Source of the DNA: Octopus bimaculoides
Taxonomy: Eukaryota
Reading direction: 5' to 3'
DNA length: 46,455 bases
NCBI RefSeq assembly: GCF_001194135.2
Contig: NC_068985.1
Span: 88,424,141-88,470,595, forward strand
Shown here in pieces: positions 25,484 through 38,200 of this stretch. The first letter of the stretch is position 1. Every line of letters begins with the position of its first letter. The translations under genes were made by a program, and so were the position numbers. The notes under the pieces were generated by a model. The model was not told the DNA's origin, searched no databases, and saw only the letters and a list, made by a program, of their open reading frames with translations.

Positions 25484-25573
25484 TTCAGATTAACACCCGT
25501 ACGATTTTCACTACAGTGTTAGGGTTAGGGTTTGTTAGGGTTAGGTAGGTAATGATGCGAGTGTTAATCTCAA
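25484..25573 (-). repeat. Telomere-like (TTAGGG) array bounded by the same inverted repeats, copy 2, opposite orientation
   Basis: ttcagattaacacccgtacgattttcactacagtgttagggttagggtttgttagggttagg...gcgagtgttaatctcaa; its reverse complement aligns with copy 1. Confidence 0.88.
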
Positions 25574-26294
25574 GATTTACGAAAAGATTTTCAAAAAAAA
25601 CTCAGAGTTTGTAGGGAATAAATGTTTGTTGATCGTATTTGAGAAAGACGTCTCGCTGGTAAATGACGGTGTTAGAAAAGGAAAGTAAACTTATAATTCC
25701 CGCCAATTAGAATGAGGTGATTGGTAACCATAGGTACATATATATGTGTGTATTTACGTATGATTGGCAATGTGTCTGTTTATTTGACTCTCACTCTCCT
25801 TCATTTCTTTGTCTTTTTTCTTGGATCATTCGTAAACGTTGATAAGAGAAAATAGCAATTGAAACGATGTGTAAGAGGAATACAAATAGTTAATTTTAGA
25901 GGGGCAAAGTAATTTTGTATGTACTTTTAGTATCTGTCATTACAGTATCGAAATGTGATTTGATACTGAAATATCAAATTTCTCCTTCCCTTATTTTTGT
26001 ATTTGTTGTTTGATTTTTCGTTAAGGCTCATTAAGAGAAAGTAGGAGTTGAAAGAATTTGTATTAGAAAGAGGAAATTAGATTTTATTCGGGAGAAAATG
26101 TTTACTTGTGTAGTTTTAAGGATTTTATTCGCTATTAGGAATTTTTTGGAGTGAAAAAAATGACGCAGTGACCTAACTTATTGTATTTAGAATATTAATT
26201 TCGATTGTTTAATCGAAGAAATTTGGAATTGTGTAAATGTATGAATTTTAAACATACACACACACAGAGAAAATCTGCCTTTTATAGTATAGAT

Positions 26295-26376
26295 ACACAC
26301 ACACATACATAAATACATACATACATGCATATATACGTACACGCATAAACAAAGGCACGCACACACATACACACAA

Positions 26377-26458
<82 letters not shown>

Positions 26459-26981
26459 NNNNNNNNNNNNNNNNNNNNNNNNNNNNNNNNNNNNNNNNNN
26501 NNNNNNNNNNNNNNNNNNNNNNNNNNNNNNNNNNNNNNNNNNNNNNNNNNNNNNNNNNNNNNNNNNNNNNNNNNNNNNNNNNNNNNNNNNNNNNNNNNNN
26601 NNNNNNNNNNNNNNNNNNNNNNNNNNNNNNNNNNNNNNNNNNNNNNNNNNNNNNNNNNNNNNNNNNNNNNNNNNNNNNNNNNNNNNNNNNNNNNNNNNNN
26701 NNNNNNNNNNNNNNNNNNNNNNNNNNNNNNNNNNNNNNNNNNNNNNNNNNNNNNNNNNNNNNNNNNNNNNNNNNNNNNNNNNNNNNNNNNNNNNNNNNNN
26801 NNNNNNNNNNNNNNNNNNNNNNNNNNNNNNNNNNNNNNNNNNNNNNNNNNNNNNNNNNNNNNNNNNNNNNNNNNNNNNNNNNNNNNNNNNNNNNNNNNNN
26901 NNNNNNNNNNNNNNNNNNNNNNNNNNNNNNNNNNNNNNNNNNNNNNNNNNNNNNNNNNNNNNNNNNNNNNNNNNNNNNNNN

Positions 26982-27030
<49 letters not shown>
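26295..27030. repeat. Compound (CA)n/(TA)n microsatellite spanning the gap at 26459-26981
   Basis: Direct reading. Confidence 0.95.
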
Positions 27031-27033
<3 letters not shown>

Positions 27034-28516
27034 TCTGTGTATATATTTGTGTGTGTGTCGTTTATCTTTGTGTTTGTCCCCATCAACACCAACACCAAAA
27101 CCAACGCAACCACAACTTACACCACTTGAATATCTGGGAGTATATATTGAGATTGTGTTATAATGTAGCATAATATATTTCTAATCATTGACTAAATAAA
27201 TAAGTAACGTGGAGATCGTCTCATTATATGCAGGTATAGCGTATTACCATATATGATGACAAATCACACTATTTGTATTTATTTTCGGTTGTTGTGTGTT
27301 TTTCTTGTTTGCTAATATCAGAACTATTAATAGTGATAGCAAGTGTTGGTATTTAAAGATGATTTAACAAATATAAATTATAATATAATTTAATTTACTC
27401 TGTGAAAATAAGAAACAAATAACGCACGTGCAAGGAATGTATAGATAAGGCGATACCATTTATATATATTACAAAAGAAATAAAATTGAATAAATTTTGG
27501 AATATAACAATATATATATATTATGCATATGTTAGAAATGAGTATATTTAAGCAATATATATGTTTTATATTGTATAAAATTACAGATATCAATGCTGGT
27601 TATAGTAAGGTTGTAATTAATTCAGTTTCAAATTTACGAAAAATATTTATGGTTAATAAAGAACCTAAAAATTTGTGATATCAATAATTAAAGAATGATT
27701 TATGATATTTATAATACAGATATTTAGGAGTGTGTAGGTAAGTTGATGATATCATTGATATCGTTATTTTCTTTTATATTTACTCACATTTATAATTCAC
27801 GAGTTAAATGCACACGCATAATATATATGATGTAACTTCTTAAACATATAAGTAATTCTTGTGCATCATTTCAAGATATATGTTAACATTTGATGTATAG
27901 GATATAAAGCCCTAATGAGATTCTTCCCATGACAGTCGAAGCTAATGACCAATTCTTAGCATATGACCATAGCCAAACGCTTAGAATTACTTGTTTTTTG
28001 ACGTCCCCCATTTCTTTCACAGTGTTATAATTTATTTGCATTGTTTCATAAAAAANNNNNNNNNNNNNNNNNNNNNNNNNNNNNNNNNNNNNNNNNNNNN
28101 NNNNNNNNNNNNNNNNNNNNNNNNNNNNNNNNNNNNNNNNNNNNNNNNNNNNNNNNNNNNNNNNNNNNNNNNNNNNNNNNNNNNNNNNNNNNNNNNNNNN
28201 NNNNNNNNNNNNNNNNNNNNNNNNNNNNNNNNNNNNNNNNNNNNNNNNNNNNNNNNNNNNNNNNNNNNNNNNNNNNNNNNNNNNNNNNNNNNNNNNNNNN
28301 NNNNNNNNNNNNNNNNNNNNNNNNNNNNNNNNNNNNNNNNNNNNNNNNNNNNNNNNNNNNNNNNNNNNNNNNNNNNNNNNNNNNNNNNNNNNNNNNNNNN
28401 NNNNNNNNNNNNNNNNNNNNNNNNNNNNNNNNNNNNNNNNNNNNNNNNNNNNNNNNNNNNNNNNNNNNNNNNNNNNNNNNNNNNNNNNNNNNNNNNNNNN
28501 NNNNNNNNNNNNNNNN

Positions 28517-28567
<51 letters not shown>
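28517..28567. repeat. (TA)n-(GA)n compound microsatellite
   Basis: Direct reading. Confidence 0.95.
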
Positions 28568-28570
<3 letters not shown>

Positions 28571-28664
28571 TGGTAAAATAAGGAACCAATATTTACTGGA
28601 AATAGCAATCGATACATTTACGACGCTATAGTAAATCTTCACTGTGTATATAGAATTGTTTGTA

Positions 28665-29421
28665 GAAATACATAAATCTGGAGAAGAGCATAGACACATA
28701 AATCCAGAAGAGAACAGTTAACATTATATTGGGGTAGGCTGGTCTAGGGGGGATATTCTGATTTCTCGTTCATAAGTGCTTCAGACATACGGCGCATCTT
28801 TGGACCCCAAACATTGTTTAAAATATGGAGGTGGAGAAGCCTCGTTTTTAAGGCTGCAGAAGATGACACCAACGCTTAGCTACCATAGAGACATCATTAG
28901 ATTCTTTTGGTAAAGGTTCTGTTGTGGATTGTGATTTGGTTCTTCGTCTCTATCTAACCATCGTGCAGAACGTTTGCTAATGTTGAAAAACATCCATGTT
29001 TCCTCACACGCAACAGAGGTGATTATCTTCCATTGACATTTTCCATTGATCTTCCACCTCGTTCTATCTTCCGGTCTCGAAAGCATCACGAAGGTAAACG
29101 ATTGTTTCCCTTCGGCCTTAGCTATTGTTTTCCAGTTCTGGTGCCTCCAGCAGGTGTTTCCTTAATTGCAGGCATGGTCGGAAAATATCTGTCCTGGAAC
29201 TCTGGATGCCCCCTGGCATGAGCGACACTTTAAGGAACTTTATGCGTTCGGCAACTTGCACCGTTTCGTACCGTTTATGAAAGGGCCTGGGTTCTCGATT
29301 ATTTTCAATGCAATCGAATATTGAATTTCCTCGACTCGTAATTGTCAGTCCCTTTACGGGACTCTGAAAGAGGACATATGATTGGAAATACAGTTTGAGA
29401 GAATTCGCAGTGCACCCCCCG
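28665..29421 (-). mobile_element. Decayed mariner transposon with 5' TIR remnant
   Basis: Minus-strand KIITSVACEETWMFFNISKRSARWLDRDEEPNHNPQQNLYQKNLMMSLW (cf. IITCDEKWIFYDNRKRSAQWLDxDExPKHFPKPKLHQKKVMVTVW), and SSPDL near 28680. Terminus ta|cggggggtgcac at 29423-29410. Confidence 0.85.
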
Positions 29422-29442
29422 TACTTCTATGGGCGCGTGATA

Positions 29443-29484
29443 TCGTTTCACCTGTTGCTGCTGTCGTTTCACCTGTTACTGTTG
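29443..29484. repeat. 21-bp tandem duplication
   Basis: tcgtttcacctgttgctgctg / tcgtttcacctgttactgttg. Confidence 0.85.
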
Positions 29485-29773
29485 TATCCCCTTTTCTTGT
29501 GAAATCGTGTTGAAAAAGAAAGTTAATTTGCTGTCTTTAGGGATAGCCATTACGCCAATAATTATTAAAAAAAAAAACACACGCATGTATTAGCCAATTA
29601 GTCAATGATAAACCACTGAATGAAAGGCGGCCAGTGATAGAGTATTATAAAGAAAATATTCTTCAGAATTTCAGCGTAAATTACCCGCTACCCGTATTGC
29701 TTTATTACTATACTTAATAAATGTGGACAATCCGCAAAATATTATAAGATATTTCTCAATGTTTGTGGTTTAA

Positions 29774-29966
29774 GGCGGCGAACTGGCAGAAACGTTAGCA
29801 CGCCGGGTGAAATGCTTAGCATTATTTCGTCCGTCTTTACATTCTGAGTTCAAAATCTGCCGAGGTTGACTTTGCCATACAACTTTTCGGGCTCGATAAA
29901 TTAAATCCCAGTTGCGTAGGGGTCAATCTAATCGGCTGGCCCCCTGTGCCTAGAATAGAAAAGAAT
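29774..29966 (+). mobile_element. SINE family C, full length with a short deletion in the C-rich tail
   Basis: ggcggcgaactggcagaaacgttagcacgccgggtgaaatgcttagc...gagttcaaaatctgccgagg...gataaattaaatcccagttgcg...tgtgcctagaatagaaaagaat. Confidence 0.92.
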
Positions 29967-32900
29967 ATATCTCTGAATGAAATCTGTATTTTCCCATGTA
30001 TCAGGCATGCATGCACACCTATCTCTGTCTCTCTGTATACCGTCTCTGTGTCTCACCGCCCCCACATATGCACGGACCGTGCTCAGATGCATATGCATAC
30101 AAAAGTAAATTTATAAAGGNNNNNNNNNNNNNNNNNNNNNNNNNNNNNNNNNNNNNNNNNNNNNNNNNNNNNNNNNNNNNNNNNNNNNNNNNNNNNNNNN
30201 NNNNNNNNNNNNNNNNNNNNNNNNNNNNNNNNNNNNNNNNNNNNNNNGTGTGTGTGTGTGTGTGTGTATCTTCTCCTCCATGTATAAGAAATTTTATCTC
30301 TTTTTAAATTTATCTTTCTTAAATAAAGAACAATTTTGCGACCAAAAAGAAATACTTTCACCATCGTTATTATGTAATTAAACCAAAAATAGTAACAAAC
30401 TGAACATTTTCCTGCTGAGTTAAAAATAGTAAATAGCTATGCTCTTTACTTTTTTCTGATATATACGGTTTTTTTAAAATATTTTGTTTTTGTAATGACA
30501 TAAGAAGTATACCTTATTCTTCAAGAAGGAGAAAGAGAGAAAATAACCTTTAAGAAAATATATTTATGTAAGAACGTATGAATAAATCCATAAGCATACT
30601 CGAATTCATAAGAATGAATATTAATAAACGCGTATGTAAACGCCCACAGAAGAAAACTGATGGAACGCTTGGAAACGCATCATACATACGGACGTGTATG
30701 AATATGTATTGAAATTTTAGAACAAGAGGAAGGATGCATACTTCATTAACAAATTGCCTAATGCGTATCATGGATAGCTACAAACATATTTTTTTGACTC
30801 TGTCCCTGAATTTGGGGAGTGCTATGAATATTCTTGAATTTCAGTAAATATTTTATCTACAGTTAATAGATGCGATAGCATGGTATCTGCTTAAAAGAAA
30901 TGGCGAAATCATTCATGTGTGAAGATTTAATCAGTAATATACGACATGATTAGTTGAACAGACCGTCGTTGTTACAGTTTATTTGCAAGGAAATTTATCA
31001 GGAATCGTTGTTTAAATTATTAAGGTAAACTAAAAAGTTATTTCCCTAAGCTGCCATACGGTGGGGAATCAAATATACGTACTTATTGTGGTTGAAATTT
31101 CTATGCAACGTAAGGCCGTTTTTGTTCAAGTCCATGCAGCTTAACTCGAATTCATATATTGAATAACATACCAGCATATGCACAAAAGACACGCACGCGC
31201 ATCCCCACACATAGACACACATACCCATATATGTATATATACAGGCACATATATATATATATATACAAGCATATACATACATCTGAGTGACTGAAACAAA
31301 GGAAATTACAGGCCGTCATGCATGATGTAAGGCACTACCTGTGAAGGGAATCGAACCAAAATATCAAAATGTCACGTCTTCATGCACATTCACACCCAGT
31401 CATTCACACATACGCATACACACATACTCACAAACGCACACACACATACAATTTTAAAAAGTGTGTGTGTACGTTTATATGTGTTAAAATATGTGTAAGA
31501 GTTGCATCGTGTATATCCTACTTCACTTTTCATTTAAGTGTTCATTTAAGAAATTATTCCATTAATCATTTACGAAATTATGTTGTTAGGGCATCGAGAA
31601 CTAAAAAGCAGAGAGTTGTCTCAGTAAGAGATGAATAACGTTATGCACTGCAGGTGGATTAGCAAAATCATGACTTCTGTATTATAAGTACGTCATCAGT
31701 ACTAAGTAACCAGTATCCACCGTATGTCTAAACAAAATTAGCCGGAATAGCTCGTGATCTATTTCAACCAAATGCATGCGCGAATGTGATTTAAATTGAA
31801 GTCACTTTTCATATAATAGACGACCAGACGAAATCTAAATGCAGACATGTATGAAACAAACATTTTAACCAGCTCTTGTTTGTAGTTTGTACTACATAAA
31901 TACGTGTAGATAATTAGCACTATTTAGATACATATATACATAATTGATCCTATACAAATGCATGTATAGATAATTGGTATTAGATAAATGCATGTGAAGA
32001 TGATAATGGATATGAAGAAGCGTGATGTCACACTGAGATGATACAAAATGTATTGTCACGTGTCAAAGTGACTCAACCAAGAGAGAAACAACGGGAAAGT
32101 GCACTGACAGACACCCGGTGTAGCAGTGGATTTTAGCGTATATATGTGTATGCATGCGGCTGTGTCTTCGTGCTTCTGTTTCTTTGGCATCCACAACACC
32201 TCTCTTTTTATGCCCAGATGACTCAGGTATTCACCGAAAGAAGGCGAAATTAAATGTACGAATTGGACGCGATATATTCAATTAAATACTTTACTGCGGT
32301 GCTCCAGTATGGACGGAAGCCATGAATGATACAAATAAATTAAATGTATCGAATTAGATGACACATATTTATGCATAGGTGACTTTGCTTGCGTGTGCGT
32401 GTGTGTGTCTTTGTGTGTGTGTGTTTGAGTGTGTGTGTGTGTTTGTGTGTGCGTGAGCGTATGTGATATTTTATTGTCTGAGAGAATTGCTCCCATCTAT
32501 CAGTCAAAAGAATGTCCATGTGGATTTCGGGAGGAAGATGTGCTATGCGATACAAACGAAAAGCTGACACGTCTATCTATGTTTACGTGGTGGTCAACGA
32601 TTATAATTGTTATTATAGTTTTCCGCGGGAGACTGACCTTTTTTTAATGCGACTCACCATGATTCCTGTAAAACCTAGAAGCTGATGACAAACCTCATTT
32701 GTCTTCATTTAGCAATCTACAGATTAGTGATTCGACGTTGAAAACGAGGTCCTTCGACATGTAAGTAGAAGGGCCATAAATAAGAATTGAAATGCAGTCA
32801 TTTGGTCCAGTAACAATGATGAAAGGTTGCAAAATGTATGTCTCAAATAATACGGTGAAACATCAGATGATGAAGAATTTATCTCTATGTATATTTGTAG

Positions 32901-33179
32901 GTATGCATGAGTCTCAGTCGGGCTAGTTTCATTCGTCTATTAATGAAATTTATCCGTCTTTTGTGCATAATACAGGTGAGTTGTCTTGAAGACCTCGTGA
33001 ATGAATACATTGTTGCCTATATCACTGCATAATATAACGATTTTCATGAGATCGAATCCGAATGTAACAATTGTAACTTAATATAAGCCATGAACTTAAT
33101 CACTTGATTCTCCTTGTCCGGGAAAGCACATACACACACACACGTCTACGGATATGTGTAATGTATATATATACAATGA

Positions 33180-33261
33180 AGTCGGTGATGTTGTAGAAGA
33201 AATCTTTGATGTTGGTGATGTTGGTGATGATGATGATTATGATGATGATGATGAAGAAGAA

Positions 33262-33312
<51 letters not shown>

Positions 33313-33730
33313 AATGATGAGGATGATGATAAGAATATGGTGGAAGAGAAAGAAGAGAATAGTGATATAAATGATGAAGAGGAGGAGAAGAAACACGGTG
33401 TTGATAGTGATGAAGATCATGATGGTGAACATGACCTTGCTAATTATTTTGTTAAGGATATTGATCATATTAATATTAATGAAGATTGCGTGTGCAATGA
33501 TGTTAATAAAGCTGATTTAAAAATTGTGGTTATGATGATGATGTTCAATACGATGGCTTCTGCGGTTAGTGCATTTAATGTTTCAGCTACTGCTGCTGTT
33601 CTTATTATTGCTGCAGATGGTGATGATGATGATGATGATGAGGACGATGACGACGACGACGACGGTCTCGTTGTTGTGGTGATGATGCCAACTACATAGA
33701 TGCCATTGATATTAATATCTTCATCAGCAA
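33180..33730. repeat. Large compound, degenerate (GAT/GAA/GCT)n triplet-repeat region
   Basis: Direct reading; it keeps one sense frame (181 aa) and two antisense frames open. Confidence 0.9.
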
Positions 33731-35159
33731 CTACTGAAGCCGTAGTGTACTGCAAACATTTTCCCGTGATATATATTAATGGAAGTTTGTATATCAATAG
33801 ATTCGTCGTTTATTAAATGTAAGCAGCAGAGAAAAATCAAACGACTTTAGATGAAATAAATCCTGCATGGATATAGATTGAATTCAAATAGGAATCGAAG
33901 ATCCAATTTGGCTCACTGTTAGCAGTTAAATACTGACAGTTAAAAGTTAACAGAAAACGTCAGCCTTTTCCTCGAAGTGATTATTTGTAAAGAAAAGATT
34001 CATAATAACAATGTTTGTTAAGTAAAATCTTTTCATGAATCACACATAATTGGCGATAATCCCAGTTTTCTAGCAGTTCTGGTGTTTACAGCATTAGGAA
34101 TTGGACAGATATCTTTCTCCTAAATAACATTCGGTTTATTCATGTAAAGCTAAAAGTTTACGCTGTTCCAAATCAGAAGGATTTATACTGACAGTTATTT
34201 GACTGCGGCTTCCACATCATTAAGCAAATTGTACATATAAGTCTCCGTGTATATTTGTTGTTTTTTTCTGGATGCTAAGAAGAGCAACACATTTTCCCAT
34301 AAATTATACTCTAGTGGCTTAAAAGCAAAGACACACTGGATAAATTCACTGAATTAAAACAGACTGACGTGGAGCCATAGAAAAACAGCGGTACAATATG
34401 TAGAGCTGCGTGATTGTCTAAATTATGGAAAGCGTTTCTTTCATGAACAAAGGAACTTCGTGAAAGAGGTCAGAGAAATAAAGTTCGCTGTTTGATGACT
34501 TTCACCATAAATATATAAATTGTGTTATATTTTAGCTGTGATACTTCATATTTCTAAATGTGCGTTAGAATCTATTCTTTTCTGTATAAAAGGACATATA
34601 TATCAAAGTTTATATTTGGACAACAATAAGAATCAAACATAGATCCAAAGACGTGGCGGCTATAAAGACAGCAGACAGCGAATCACAAACCTATTGTCTT
34701 CTGCTAAAACACATTACAAGTTGGAGATGTAGATATACTCTGTATGAGAGACAGAAAGAATGGACACAGGAAAGATGCCTTTGATCATCACCCAACTCGA
34801 TATGGGACGATGGAAGTATACACACAGCAGCACATCAAAGATAATGAAAATTCTTTATGCACATTCTTTTTCTGCGGCCAAAAATTTTGCATAAATACCA
34901 GAAACATAACAAACGTTCCTGTCTCTTGGAAGAAATATTTGTCTCACAGAGATAATTATTTTCCTTGGTGTGGGAAAAAAATGATAAAAATGAAATTACT
35001 ATGAGAGCAACCAGTTTCCTGGAAGCGTACAGAACGGCATGTAGTACGATAAAGAATTATGATGCATTTATGCATGGAAGTATACATGCATGTATATGTA
35101 TGAAAATATGCATATATTATGTATATAATTATGTTTACACACATATATATAACTAAATA

Positions 35160-35180
35160 CACACACACACGTATATATAC

Positions 35181-35237
<57 letters not shown>

Positions 35238-35275
35238 TGTGTATGTGTGTGTGCATATATATGTATATATTTATA
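35160..35275. repeat. (CA)/(TA)/(TG)n compound microsatellite
   Basis: Direct reading. Confidence 0.95.
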
Positions 35276-38200
35276 TGTATAGACCAAAATGGCTTGATAC
35301 ATATTGGTCGGTACTATTGAGTTTCAAGTGTGATGCTAGTCGTCAGCCATTTTGGATCAGGAAAATGGAAAAGTGTTTTTTCGTTCGAGCTTAAGTTCTT
35401 CAAAGAGAGGAACAAGAAAATAATAGAGAGAATGAAAAAAAAAACTTCTAGATTTCAGCTGTCCAGCATCGCGATATGCTATTATCTTATTGTGATCGTT
35501 ATTAAAGTCATGATAATATATGGGAGAACGTACGTAAAAACAACAACAGACGAGGACAGGTGGTGTAAATAACAAAAGGATGTATTAGTATGACGCTCGG
35601 GAATACGGAAAGTCTTTTACGTTTCGAGCTACGCTCTTCAACAGAAAGAATACGGAGACAAGGAGAAAAACACGGAGAGAAAGAAATTGGAGAAAAAATA
35701 TGTATATATGTATATATATGTATATATATGTATATATAATCAAAACTCTAATAATGATTATGAAAGATGTTGTCATGTGGCCTCAAAAATATTAATCCTT
35801 GGAAAATGACAGAAATCGATTTCTCACGCAAAATGTTATGGAATAGAATCGGTCGTTAATTTTATAGAGTTTATACTTTTGAGAAGAGCTCAATCATATA
35901 TGATTATATGATATCTCATAAATAACACTCGGTAGGGCATATAGAAGTAGGCTCTAATTAAACTGTCATATTCTATGTAGCATACAGTTCTTAATTTCAA
36001 AATATGACTTCGTAGTTCTTTTGCATTGGTTCAGAAATGAAATGCAACCAAAAGAAATTTAGCATAACATGTACAGGAGATATGGAAATATCTGGAAAAT
36101 CCACTAGATATATACGAAGTACCATTACTCTGCTTGGAGGAATTGCATTTTAGATGTGCAGCTGTATATGGTTAGACCGTAGTTCAATACTTTGATCTGT
36201 TCTCATGTCTTGACTTTTATGAATGAACGTTCGGTTATGGTTCTGCAGCGTAATCATCGGAAAAGAAGCACTTGTAAAACATAAACGCATAAAAGTAGAA
36301 TAAATTGGCATCCGCACGAAAGAAAATCTGGGAAGTTGCCGGCCTTTTTCTAGATGTAGCATGGAGGTGGTGCATATTTTTAATATATATTTTTGTGTAT
36401 ATGCGAAGTTCATGCAATGAACTCTCATAGGTTGTTGAACTGATTATCGATCTATCCTGATTGTTGCTTTATTGATCTTATAATGCTTGTTGCTTTTGTC
36501 TTCAGAAAATGTCTTATAGTTTCTTGTCTTTAATTTTAAATTCTACAATTATAATGCGGAATACTGTGGAAAAATGTGTTCGGAAACCGATGTACGTATA
36601 TANNNNNNNNNNNNNNNNNNNNNNNNNNNNNNNNNNNNNNNNNNNNNNNNNNNNNNNNNNNNNNNNNNNNNNNNNNNNNNNNNNNNNNNNNNNNNNNNNN
36701 NNNNNNNNNNNNNNNNNNNNNNNNNNNNNNNNNNNNNNNNNNNNNNNNNNNNNNNNNNNNNNNNNNNNNNNNNNNNNNNNNNNNNNNNNNNNNNNNNNNN
36801 NNNNNNNNNNNNNNNNNNNNNNNNNNNNNNNNNNNNNNNNNNNNNNNNNNNNNNNNNNNNNNNNNNNNNNNNNNNNNNNNNNNNNNNNNNNNNNNNNNNN
36901 NNNNNNNNNNNNNNNNNNNAGGGGGATCACCTATGAGGGACAGGTGACTAGCGACATTAGAATTTGTCAATTGTTTTCTTTTTAAACAGGAAGAAGCGGA
37001 AAAGGAAAAGAGAAAAAGAAGGAAACAATAAGTGATGAAAGAAAAGGACAGATAAAAGAACTTCTTTTCAATTGTATTGTAATTATGCACTCAGTCTGTT
37101 TCAGTTTAACTACAATTCACATTAATTTCAATTTGTTCCACAATAAGAAATCTATTTCAATGAGATCGGGCACATTAAAGCAGAAATGAAAGAATTTTAT
37201 GTTTATTACTTAAGTATCATATCAAAACAAATAGATTTATAAATACTACGTCAAAATGTTCTTGAAAATTTTCAACATGTTCTCCGTCTGTGTCTCTGCA
37301 AATTTAGAATCCGTTATTAGCTTTGCAAAGCATATTTTGAAATGTTCCAGGAGTGAATTCCAGTAATGCTAGCTGAATACATTCTATAAGTCTGCCTAAA
37401 GTTTTGTTCCATGCTGGAGAGGATGGTACATAAAATAACTGCAAACAAATTGAAAATAATCTGTCATGAACAGATAAGCGGGTTCCAACAGGAAAAAATA
37501 TATAATAGATCGAATTGAAGCTGAATTGTAAAACAACATGCTTAACAGAAATAGTTAGCATGTATATATATATGTATATATATTTAAAGTAGTGTCTGGT
37601 ATGTATTTCACAATAAATGTTGTCGATGTCTTTTTGGAATAAGTTGTAACCAATTTCAATATAAAAATAAGGATTGATATTTATGTAGATACCAATATTT
37701 TTCTTCCCATTTTTATGTGAAGCAATTAGCCAGATTTTTAGATACATTGCGCAAGTCAATATGCCCATTGTATTAAAGGGATTGTCGACTATTTCTAGGG
37801 AAATCAATTTGATTTGCCTTGATTACGTCTACATTATCTCTCTCCATTACGACAACCGTTTAAGCCTTCTCCTAAACAAGAATTTACTACGCAACTAAAT
37901 GTTAGACCGCATACCTTCAGTAGCACCCAACACTCTTCACGCAAACATCTACTATCGAACTAATTTGAAAGCGCCATTAAATAATGAAACCCGCAGGATT
38001 GATTTCAAAATTAAATTCAGCAAAGTAATTAAAGAGTCGAAAATGTGAGTACAAGGTTACAGCCAGAATGTAAGCGATCCAACAGCATCTTTTCTTTCTG
38101 CGCAATTTTCACAAGCAATATACATAAATCTTAATAATTCTCTTAATCTGATTGTAATTATGCGCTAATTGTTGAACGTTCTCACTACTGGAAGTATGGC

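Larger units (their letters stand above)
24618..26293 (-). mobile_element. Non-autonomous Helitron (Lep1/HINE-like termini)
   Basis: Minus strand 5' end A|TCTATACTATAAAGGCAG at 26293. The 3' end is a subterminal hairpin (aaacccggacaacggcggttt) then ...ctgCTAG|T at 24618, so the insertion sits between A and T. There is a residual ORF start MPPNKRACWGKK at 25124. Confidence 0.72.

Noticed and set aside
25225-25550. True telomere or chromosome end
   Set aside because: The arrays are short, degenerate, bounded by inverted repeats and embedded in a Helitron in mid-scaffold.
32684-32710. Second CTGATGA with a possible stem II (also on the minus strand near 10064)
   Set aside because: The required GAAA does not follow the stem, so it is not a hammerhead.
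37304-37807. 167-aa minus-strand ORF
   Set aside because: It starts at a non-ATG codon, runs through a (TA)n tract (YIYIYIY), has low-complexity AT-driven composition and shows no recognisable domain.
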